Source: Candidatus Heimdallarchaeota archaeon
GTDB lineage: Archaea > Asgardarchaeota > Heimdallarchaeia > Heimdallarchaeales > Heimdallarchaeaceae
Length of the DNA stretch: 24,000 nucleotides
Assembly: GCA_016839945.1 (NCBI GenBank)
Contig: JAEOTE010000067.1
Span: forward strand, 4,776-28,775
Direction: 5' to 3'
Shown piece after piece: positions 7,501 to 15,227 of this stretch. The notes under the pieces are model-generated. The model was not told where the DNA came from. It searched no databases and worked only from the letters and a program-made list of their open reading frames with translations. The stretch's first letter is position 1. Every line of letters starts with the position of its first letter. The position numbers and the translations under genes were made by a program.

Positions 7501-8400
7501 CTAGAAAAAATCCATATCTTTGAATGTTGTTGTTACTATATTCTTTATAACGTCCTCAATTAAGCTTTCTACACCATCTTCTAATTCGATTTTGGTAGCT
7601 AAAGCCATGATTGAGCTATCAATCCATGATTCGATTTCGTTAGCTTCTAGAAAACGAATAATAGAAGCTAAATCTAATGCACCTCTAATAGAAGAACCTC
7701 TTCTTAAATCAGGCCAATCTCTTGTTTGTCTTATAATCTTAACAGCCATTTTAACTATTTTTTCCTCTTTTATGCCTGTTCTAACACGAACAATGTTTTG
7801 TTCTTCTTCTTCAGGTTGATATTCTAATCTTATCCAGACGAATCTGTCTCTCAATGCTTCGCTTAATGGTGTTGTTGCAACAAGCTCGGCAGGATTCATT
7901 GCACTTATAATGAAAAATCCTTCTTTTGCTTGAATTGCACCTAATTTGGGAATGATAATGGTTCCTTCATCCATTGCACCTAGAAGAACATTCTGTGTTC
8001 CTTCAGGCATACGATTTAATTCGTTTAAAAATAATATAGATCCTTTTTGCATTGCTTTAGTTAAGGGCCCTGTTACAAAAGAATTCCAATCATACCCCTT
8101 CTCAATAACCATAGGTGGATCAAAATGACCAACTAGTTTTGATGAGCTATATCTTTCATCACCATCAACTCTTTCGAGGTCTTGTGTGAAATATGAAGCC
8201 ATTGCATGTGCAAGTGTAGTTTTTCCCACTCCCACATCCCCTTCCAAAAGAATATGTCTATTTGCTAGTTTTGCTGCTAAGCATTTCCTTAATTCAACAG
8301 TTCTTCCAACGATATTAAACTGCTCTTGAATTTCTTCAATCATTTCACTTATTGTTTTATCTTGCATTACTACGCCTTCCATTGGTACCTCTTTCCTCAT
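7501..8400 (-). CDS. MoxR-family AAA+ ATPase
   Basis: 299 aa. Walker A LLEGDVGVGKTTLA, Walker B ILFLNELNR, then sensor/arginine-finger-type blocks FFIISAMNP, ALRDRF and GSSIRGALDL. The size and single AAA+ module are typical of MoxR. Confidence 0.85.
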   Translation of the reverse strand: MRKEVPMEGVVMQDKTISEMIEEIQEQFNIVGRTVELRKCLAAKLANRHILLEGDVGVGKTTLAHAMASYFTQDLERVDGDERYSSSKLVGHFDPPMVIEKGYDWNSFVTGPLTKAMQKGSILFLNELNRMPEGTQNVLLGAMDEGTIIIPKLGAIQAKEGFFIISAMNPAELVATTPLSEALRDRFVWIRLEYQPEEEEQNIVRVRTGIKEEKIVKMAVKIIRQTRDWPDLRRGSSIRGALDLASIIRFLEANEIESWIDSSIMALATKIELEDGVESLIEDVIKNIVTTTFKDMDFF

Positions 8401-8562
8401 TAAATTTCTTTATACCGTCTTTCTAACAATAATTTTGTTATTTCGAGTCTTAAATACTTTTAGATATTTGATTTCAGTAATTTTGAATCTTCACATTTTA
8501 AATTGTATACACTTTAAAATATTTTCATTCATCTATTTTTTAGAAAATTGTGTAAGAACAAC

Positions 8563-9168
8563 TTATTTATTCCTAAACGCGATTAAGATTGCAGAATTAA
8601 TGTTTTTACTATACTCTAGTTTTTTCTGGTAAGAGTTTACCTTTGAAGTACGATGTTCACTAACAACTTGAATATTTCCTTTATCATGGAAAATCTCTTT
8701 TAATCGATCTACAATTTCTTTTCTTATTGTCCCCCCACCATCACCAATTTTAATTTCAAACTTTGTAGTTTCTACGTTGAAGAAAACTGCAATTGTTTCT
8801 TTCACAACATCAACCGCAGTAAAAAACTCACTTGTAGCTAAAATCTTTTTTTCATCAACAACTACTGCAAAACCTGTGGTTTTTCCTGGGTCAATTCCCA
8901 CTATAACTTCCTCAAAAGTTTCTTTGTTATTCACCAATAAAATAATGTTAGAGTAAAGATAGTAAAGATTGAATGCTTTTGGAACAAACACAATCTTGTT
9001 TTCAAAATATTTTTTTTCTATTTCTGTAGTTATAATTACTTTAGTTTTATCAGGTATTTGTTCATTAGGTAGAATGTGATTAGTTTTAATGTTTTTAATA
9101 TTAGCTAGGATTTCATTAAGTTTATACAAAAACCTAAAATTGTTAGTCGCAATTGTTACGTAAATCAC
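8563..9168 (-). CDS. Hypothetical RNase-H-fold (RuvC/YqgF/DUF460-like) protein
   Basis: 201 aa with an apparent GTG start. VIVGIDPGKTTGFAVVVDEKK resembles the first beta-hairpin/acidic motif (GIDPG.t.G.Av) of RuvC-like and DUF460 nucleases. Later acidic residues (IGDGGG..., VSEHRTS) are compatible. The family assignment is tentative. Confidence 0.4.
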   Translation of the reverse strand: MIYVTIATNNFRFLYKLNEILANIKNIKTNHILPNEQIPDKTKVIITTEIEKKYFENKIVFVPKAFNLYYLYSNIILLVNNKETFEEVIVGIDPGKTTGFAVVVDEKKILATSEFFTAVDVVKETIAVFFNVETTKFEIKIGDGGGTIRKEIVDRLKEIFHDKGNIQVVSEHRTSKVNSYQKKLEYSKNINSAILIAFRNK

Positions 9169-9295
9169 AATTGAACAAAGAATCGAAATTAAAAAACTTT
9201 AGTATAAAAGAATCTAAAGACAATGCTAATAAATCATTATTAGAAAATCGAGTTAAAATAGAGATTTCAGTATAATAAATAAAATAACTTAACTG

Positions 9296-12200
9296 GTGAA
9301 TCAAATCAATCAAAATGATAAGCTTTCGGTAAATATCCAAGAATATTTTAACAGTATTAACAACGATTTGGATAAGATTTATTCGAAAGCTAAAGAAGCT
9401 AGGAAAAAAGGTTTAGATCCATCTTTAGACGTAGAGATACCTATCGCTAAGGATATAGCTGATCGTGTAGAAGGACTGATAGGTCCCAGAGGGATAGGAG
9501 AGAAAATTCGAAAATATGAGAAAGCAAATTTATCAAGAGAAAATGTGGCTTTTAAGATAGCTGAGGAAATTTGTGAAGATACTAAATCTATTGATAGTAA
9601 AGAAAAGGAAATGATAGCGGAACAAGCATTACGAACTTCGCTTGCAGTTATAACTGAGAGTATAACTGCTGCACCTTTAGAAGGTATTGCAAAAGTGAAA
9701 ATAAAACGTAATGAAGATGGTTCAAGTTATTTTGCAGTTTATTATGCTGGACCTATTCGTTCTGCAGGAGGAACTGCAGCAGGTATTAGTATTTTATTAG
9801 CAGATCATATTCGTAAAAAACTAGGATTAGGTAAATTTCAACCAACACAAAGAGAGGTAGAACGATATCTAGAAGAAATTGAACTGTATAATAGAGTTAG
9901 TCACTTACAACTCCCTACTACTAAAGATGAACAAAGATTTGCTGCTCAACAGCTCCCTATAGAAATAACTGGGGAACCAACTGATAAAGTTGAAGTAACA
10001 GGAAACCGTGATCTCAAAAGAGTTGAAACAAATAGATTGCGTGGTGGAGCATGTTTAGTTTTCAATGATGGTCTTATAGGAAGATCAAAGAAATTACATA
10101 GTCGAATCTCACAGCTTGGATTAGAAGGATGGAATTGGCTTGAAGAACTAATTAATATTCATGTAAAAGCAGGGACTTTCATTGATGAGGGAGTTAGTGA
10201 CATATATGATGTAGATGAAGGAGATGAAGTAGAAACAGAAGAAGTTCCAGATGCTGAGGGAGAAGTCGTTTCTGATGTGGGATATATAAAGGATGTAATA
10301 GGGGGGAGGCCTGTTTTTGCACACCCTTCAGAAAAAGGTGGTTTTAGAATTCGATATGGCCGTTCAAGAACAACAGGTCTTGCTAGTATGGGGATACATC
10401 CAGCACTAATGGGGGTTGTTAATGATTTCTTAGCTTGTGGTACTCACGTCAGGACAGAAAGACCTGGAAAGGGTGCAATTGTTATGCCTGTAGACACAAT
10501 TCATCCACCAATTGTGAAGTTAAAGAATGGGGATGTAATTAAAGTTCAGAGCTATAAGGAAGCTTGTGAAGTTAGAAAGGACATTGAAGAAATACTTTTT
10601 CTTGGAGACATGTTATATGGTGCAGGAGAATTTAATCAAAATAACTTCAATTTAGTTCCCTCAGGATATTGCGAAGAATGGTGGTGCCAAGAGTTAGAAG
10701 AATCTCTTATGGATATCCCTGATTCTAAAAGGAATGATTTAACTAAATCACTTGAGAAAACAATTTCAAACATCTTAAAAAATCCTTTTCAAAACATTCC
10801 AGGACCTGATACGGCCATTAAATTATCAAAAATATTAGATATACCTCTACATCCTGAATACACATATCATTGGAACAGTATTTCTTTAGAAGATTTTTCA
10901 TTATTAAGGAAATACGTACATGAAAATTTTAATGATCAGAATCAACAATTAGGAATACCTAATGAGGTTAAAATAAAACAGATTCTTGAAAATTTATGTA
11001 TTCCTCATAAGCTTATTGATGATTTTATAAATCTTGAAAATCATAGTTTCCCACTTTTCCTTACACTAGGAATTGAAAACAAAGAATTAAAACCAATAAA
11101 AAATGAAAATGGGAAGATTATAGAAACTATAAATTCTGTTAGTGGAATTAAGATTAAAGCAAAATGTCCCAATTATACAGGTGCTAGGATGGGAAGACCA
11201 GAAAAAGCTAAAGACAGAAGAATGCGTCCACCTGTTCACATGCTATTTCCAGTAGGAAGTGCTGGAGAGCGTTTAAGAGATCTTTTTACAGCTTCTAATA
11301 AAAAAGAAATTGAAATCGAGTTAGTTCATAGATCATGCCCAGGATGTGGAATATCAACAAATGAGGTATTATGTACAACTTGTGAGGTTCCAACAGTTTT
11401 TGTGAAACGTTGTTTAAATTGCAACTATTACAAAAATGAAGATTTATGTCCAAAATGTGGAAGAGAAATGGTTGCTTATAGAACATCTACATATCCACTA
11501 GAGTCACGTGTAAACCAAGCAAAGAAGACTATCGGTGGTCCTTTCCCCAAAAACGTCAAGGGTGTAAAGAAACTGATGAATAAGAACAAAGTTGCAGAGG
11601 CAATAGAGAAAGGGATACTACGTGCAAAACACGGTATTTTTGTTTATAGGGATGGTACAATCCGTTTTGATGCCACTGATGCGGTTTTAACTCATTTCAA
11701 ACCAAAAGAGATAGGAGTTACTGTGCAACAATTACATAAAATAGGATATTCGGTCGACATTTATGGAAAACCATTAGAAAATTCAAATCAAACTACTGAA
11801 CTAAAGATTCAGGATATCGTTTTGAACATTGAAGGTGGAAAACACCTTGTAAAAGTCGCTGGTTTTATTGATGAACTATTAGAAAAATTTTACAAACTTC
11901 CTAAATTCTATAATGCAAAAAAGCCCTCTGATTTAATTGGGCAAATAATCATAGGTCTTGCACCACATACTTCTGCAGGGATTGTCGGTAGGATAATAGG
12001 TTTCACAAAAGCTAAAGTAAATTTTGCTCATCCGTATTGGCATGCTGCAAAACGTCGTAACTGTGATGGTGATGAAGATTCTATACTTCTTGCATTGGAT
12101 GCCTTTCTTAACTTTTCTAAACACTATTTACCTAAAATAAGAGGAGGACAAATGGATGCACCATTAATCCTAGTTGCAAATATTAATCCACATGAGGTGG

Positions 12201-12871
12201 ATGACGAATCACATAATGTTGATACTAGTTCTAGATACCCTTTATCATTTTATGAAGAAACGTTAAAAAGACCACCAGCTAAAGCAGTTTTACCATTAAT
12301 TGATATGATACGAAATAGATTAAATGATGAAAGTGCGTATGAAGGCTTCATGTATTCTCATGAAACTTCAAATATCTTTGCAGGACCAGAATCTAATACT
12401 TATAAGAATCTTACAAAAATGGAAGACAAAGTAAACGCACAACTTCATGTTGCAGAACTTATACGTGCAGTTAACATAAAGGATGTTGCATCAAGAATTG
12501 TTGTTAACCACTTTATACCTGATTTAATAGGTAATTTGAGAAGGTTTGGTTCTCAAAAAATTAGGTGCACAAAGTGCAATATGACATATAGGAGGGTTCC
12601 TTTATCTGGGATTTGTATCAACTGTAAAAATAAGAATCTAAATCTCACTGTCTATGAAAAATCAATTACTAAATATTTCAGCATGGCCAAGAATTTAGTT
12701 GAGAAGTATAATCTATCTGAATATTTGAAGAATAGACTAGAAATAATAAAACACAACGTTGATTCTCTTTTTGTTGAAAGTGGGTTTGTAGATGAAAAAG
12801 AAAAGAGAAAAATTAATGGTGAGGTAAAACTATCGGACTTCTTTGTCAAATATGATTCAGAAGAAAAATAA
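9296..12871 (+). CDS. polC: DNA polymerase II (PolD) large catalytic subunit DP2
   Basis: 1191 aa. The N-terminus YFNSINNDLDKIYSKAKEARKKGLDPSLDVEIPIAKDIADRVEGLIGP aligns to the canonical DP2 start. Other DP2 blocks are YYAGPIRSAGGTAAG, LPIEITGEPTD, RLRGGACLVFNDG, GRPVFAHPS, GFRIRYGRSRTTG, AHPYWHAAKRRNCDGDEDS and GGQMDAPL, plus Cys clusters (CPGC...CTTC, CLNC...CPKC, CTKC...CINC). There is no in-frame ATG near the 5' end, so a GTG start at 9296 is inferred. Confidence 0.95.
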   Translation: MNQINQNDKLSVNIQEYFNSINNDLDKIYSKAKEARKKGLDPSLDVEIPIAKDIADRVEGLIGPRGIGEKIRKYEKANLSRENVAFKIAEEICEDTKSIDSKEKEMIAEQALRTSLAVITESITAAPLEGIAKVKIKRNEDGSSYFAVYYAGPIRSAGGTAAGISILLADHIRKKLGLGKFQPTQREVERYLEEIELYNRVSHLQLPTTKDEQRFAAQQLPIEITGEPTDKVEVTGNRDLKRVETNRLRGGACLVFNDGLIGRSKKLHSRISQLGLEGWNWLEELINIHVKAGTFIDEGVSDIYDVDEGDEVETEEVPDAEGEVVSDVGYIKDVIGGRPVFAHPSEKGGFRIRYGRSRTTGLASMGIHPALMGVVNDFLACGTHVRTERPGKGAIVMPVDTIHPPIVKLKNGDVIKVQSYKEACEVRKDIEEILFLGDMLYGAGEFNQNNFNLVPSGYCEEWWCQELEESLMDIPDSKRNDLTKSLEKTISNILKNPFQNIPGPDTAIKLSKILDIPLHPEYTYHWNSISLEDFSLLRKYVHENFNDQNQQLGIPNEVKIKQILENLCIPHKLIDDFINLENHSFPLFLTLGIENKELKPIKNENGKIIETINSVSGIKIKAKCPNYTGARMGRPEKAKDRRMRPPVHMLFPVGSAGERLRDLFTASNKKEIEIELVHRSCPGCGISTNEVLCTTCEVPTVFVKRCLNCNYYKNEDLCPKCGREMVAYRTSTYPLESRVNQAKKTIGGPFPKNVKGVKKLMNKNKVAEAIEKGILRAKHGIFVYRDGTIRFDATDAVLTHFKPKEIGVTVQQLHKIGYSVDIYGKPLENSNQTTELKIQDIVLNIEGGKHLVKVAGFIDELLEKFYKLPKFYNAKKPSDLIGQIIIGLAPHTSAGIVGRIIGFTKAKVNFAHPYWHAAKRRNCDGDEDSILLALDAFLNFSKHYLPKIRGGQMDAPLILVANINPHEVDDESHNVDTSSRYPLSFYEETLKRPPAKAVLPLIDMIRNRLNDESAYEGFMYSHETSNIFAGPESNTYKNLTKMEDKVNAQLHVAELIRAVNIKDVASRIVVNHFIPDLIGNLRRFGSQKIRCTKCNMTYRRVPLSGICINCKNKNLNLTVYEKSITKYFSMAKNLVEKYNLSEYLKNRLEIIKHNVDSLFVESGFVDEKEKRKINGEVKLSDFFVKYDSEEK

Positions 12872-12930
12872 AAGACTCTTGTAAAGTATATCAAACGAAT
12901 CATTTTTAACTTCTTGAAGTTTTTAAGTAG

Positions 12931-13692
12931 ATGAGCATAATGGAAAAAGAGGAAAAAAACTCCTCCCTTGAATTAAGGCTTTTATTGAATCCTAAGGGAA
13001 AGCAAAAAACAATATATGTCCTTCTATCATTTACTGCTGTCGTTGTTTTAACTGTTGTACTATATCTAGTGCCAGATTATTATTTCCTTGAAAAACTTAC
13101 AAATGATGTTGTTTTCGAAGTTTTGAAAGTATACAAATATGAAGTGGTCCTAGATGGTCTTTATAGTGAAGCAGAAACAGGAACTTCGATAATTATAGTT
13201 ATTACAAATTTCTTAACTGGACTAGATGCACATAATTCATTAACTCCAGTAATAAAATCTACAGCTGCTCAACGTAGATTTGCAGTTGTAAGGGCTTGCA
13301 CAGGGATGCAAGCTGGTGCTTTACTAATGGCTCTGATCATTGTTACTCCAGCAGATTTCAAGAAAAAATTAAAAGCTACTATTTACTCACTAATAGCTCT
13401 TATAATTGGGAATTTCTTACGTATCGCTATAGTTATTGGCATGACTATTACACTTGAAATTACTTATGGAACAAGCTCTTCTGCTGCATGGATGTGGGCA
13501 CATGATGTTTTAGGAAAACCTATAGGTTTCTTTGGAACAATCTTCTTTGCACTAATAATAGAAAAGCAAGGTGTTCCAATATTAAATACAGTAAGCTTGT
13601 GGATTGATTCTCTTCTTGATTTATTTAATCTAGTCTTGAAAAAAACAGGAATTACAGGAAAGAAGAGTAAAACATCACAGAATAAGAAATAA
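12931..13692 (+). CDS. Archaeosortase/exosortase-family integral membrane transpeptidase
   Basis: 253 aa, multi-pass hydrophobic. It carries the family's Cys-Arg-His catalytic signature in the expected order and context: VVRACTGMQAGALLMALIIV (the C-[ST]-G motif), IGNFLRIAIVIG (the N..R motif) and WAHDVLGKPIGFF (the H...G motif). Confidence 0.6.
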   Translation: MSIMEKEEKNSSLELRLLLNPKGKQKTIYVLLSFTAVVVLTVVLYLVPDYYFLEKLTNDVVFEVLKVYKYEVVLDGLYSEAETGTSIIIVITNFLTGLDAHNSLTPVIKSTAAQRRFAVVRACTGMQAGALLMALIIVTPADFKKKLKATIYSLIALIIGNFLRIAIVIGMTITLEITYGTSSSAAWMWAHDVLGKPIGFFGTIFFALIIEKQGVPILNTVSLWIDSLLDLFNLVLKKTGITGKKSKTSQNKK

Positions 13693-13760
13693 AAAATTAA
13701 CTTATTTCATAAAATCTCTTTTAATCGAACTGGTAGCTTTCGATAAGTTTTATTAAAGGT

Positions 13761-13771
13761 ATTTATATATA
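13761..13771 (+). promoter_or_regulatory. Candidate TATA box for the gelsolin-like gene
   Basis: ATTTATATATA lies ~35-45 nt upstream of the ATG at 13805. A purine-rich stretch (AAAGG) immediately upstream could be a BRE. This would imply a very short leader. Confidence 0.35.
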
Positions 13772-13804
13772 GAATCTCGAAATATTGGTGAATGTGAATC
13801 AATA

Positions 13805-14686
13805 ATGAGGTATTTAGAAGTTCAAGAAGATGGATCTTTAATTGAAACCCAAGTATTGGATCTCGGTTCTACGAAGGTTCTAATCGTAGTAGATGAAGAT
13901 GATAAAAGAATGTGGTTGTGGAAGGGGTCTGAGTGTCCGATAAGGAAGAAATTCATAGGTAGCAGAGCTTTGTCTGATTTAAGGAAAAAGGAATATGGTT
14001 TTGCTTATGTTCCACAAACTTGTGATCAGGGTGACGAGACCGCTGAATTTGTAGCAATGCTAAAGAAAATTGATAAAATGGATGCTGTTTCTTCTTCAGT
14101 AGTCTCAAGAGCTGAAGAAATTATTGAAAGACAAAGTAGAATTAATGTTTTTGAAGATGTCCCAAAAGAAGAAGAAATTAAACCTTCAACAGCTGTTTCA
14201 CAAGAAGATGTATCATTAAAAGATAGACCTGCTCAAGTTCCAGAATCTCAACTCCCAACACATATGGCTAAAATGGGTGCTCCTGGAAATAGGCCCATGC
14301 CAACTATTTTATCCGCTTTAGAATCAGATTCGATAGAAATAAAGAAACCAGAACCTGCTGTTGAAGTAAAAGCGAATATACTTGAACAATCTATTCATAT
14401 TCTAAGAGATTTGGGTACTCCCAAAGGATTCTATCGAGATTTGATAATAATTGGAAACAAAGTTTATACAGAAACTTATACTGGTGAATTTGAAGAATTA
14501 GATGAACCTCCTGAAGGAATTTTCTTCTCCAGTTCTCATGTCCCAAGAATGATATGTTTGAATGGTTTAGTTCGTGCTATTGAATTCTTAAAACCAGAAG
14601 AAGGTGCTGAATTAAGCGAAGAAGATGAAAAGATTGCACAAGACATTGAAGATCTTCTTGCTATGTTTGAGATTGAAGTAGGATAA
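13805..14686 (+). CDS. Gelsolin/villin-domain protein: one N-terminal gelsolin-like domain, a linker, and an uncharacterised C-terminal domain
   Basis: Residues ~20-88 read GSTKVLIVVDEDDKRMWLWKGSECPIRKKFIGSRALSDLRKKEYGFAYVPQTCDQGDETAEFVAMLKK. This follows the gelsolin-repeat pattern, for example gelsolin G1 GDSYIIL...LHYWLGNECSQDE...AAIFTVQLDD...REVQGFESATFLGYF. Confidence 0.6.
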   Translation: MRYLEVQEDGSLIETQVLDLGSTKVLIVVDEDDKRMWLWKGSECPIRKKFIGSRALSDLRKKEYGFAYVPQTCDQGDETAEFVAMLKKIDKMDAVSSSVVSRAEEIIERQSRINVFEDVPKEEEIKPSTAVSQEDVSLKDRPAQVPESQLPTHMAKMGAPGNRPMPTILSALESDSIEIKKPEPAVEVKANILEQSIHILRDLGTPKGFYRDLIIIGNKVYTETYTGEFEELDEPPEGIFFSSSHVPRMICLNGLVRAIEFLKPEEGAELSEEDEKIAQDIEDLLAMFEIEVG

Positions 14687-14717
14687 TCCTTTCCTTCCTT
14701 TTTCATTCCTTTTTTAG

Positions 14718-15008
14718 GTGATTCATTTGAAACTATATGAAATGATAGTCCATCTTCATTCATCAATTCCTACGAAAATAAGAATATTGAAAAATAAAAT
14801 TGAAGAAGATTCAACATTACTACAAGGACTACTTTCAGTCCTTTCTCAAAATAAGGAGGTTTATGAATTGCTAGTGATAGATGAAGATATAAAACCAGGT
14901 TTCCTAATTATATCGGATAAAATCGAGCTAAGGACTACAAAATTATTGAATTCCACAATTACGAAAGACTCAGAACTCACGATAATTCCTATCTCTCATG
15001 GAGGTTAA
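14718..15008 (+). CDS. Urm1-like ubiquitin-fold modifier / sulfur-carrier protein (beta-grasp, C-terminal HGG)
   Basis: The protein ends ...IKPGFLIISDKIELRTTKLLNSTITKDSELTIIPISHGG-stop. Compare Urm1 ...IRPGIITLINDTDWEL...DGDIISFTSTLHGG. The track start is GTG at 14718. An in-frame ATG at 14742 (MIVHLHSSI...) is an equally plausible start. Confidence 0.6.
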   Translation: MIHLKLYEMIVHLHSSIPTKIRILKNKIEEDSTLLQGLLSVLSQNKEVYELLVIDEDIKPGFLIISDKIELRTTKLLNSTITKDSELTIIPISHGG

Positions 15009-15088
15009 TCTTTCTAGACTTCTCAATTAAAAACTTCTTTAGATATATTTTTAATTAAAATGGTAACTAAACAATTTGTTTGTTAGTA

Positions 15089-15174
15089 GCCAGGATAGCC
15101 AAGCGGACAACGGCGCTGGTCTTGAAAATCAGTTCCTTATAGGATCCGGGGTTCAAATCCCCGTCCTGGCTCCA
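15089..15174 (+). tRNA. tRNA-Ser (anticodon UGA), class II with a long variable arm; CCA is genomically encoded
   Basis: Manual fold:
- Acceptor stem GCCAGGA/TCCTGGC.
- D stem GCC/GGC.
- Anticodon stem CTGGT/ATCAG with loop CT-TGA-AA (anticodon at 15123..15125).
- 14-nt variable arm TTCCTTATAGGATC.
- T arm CGGGG-TTCAAAT-CCCCG.
- Discriminator T at 15171, then CCA. Confidence 0.9.
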
Positions 15175-15227
15175 AAATATCCGTTTCTTTCATTTAAAAA
15201 AGAAACAAGCAAAAAGGTGTTAATTAA

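Noticed and set aside
8401-9295. Replication origin next to the PolD gene: AT-rich intergenic DNA at 8401..8562 and 9169..9295.
   Set aside because: The spacers are short (about 130-160 bp). They contain no repeated ORB-like elements that I could find, and no cdc6/orc1 gene is nearby. They are better explained as promoter regions.
9296-12871. Possible intein within the PolD large subunit (DP2 genes often carry them).
   Set aside because: At 1191 aa the length is that of an intein-free DP2. The conserved DP2 blocks run contiguously, with no inserted block bearing C/S...HN-C splice-junction signatures.
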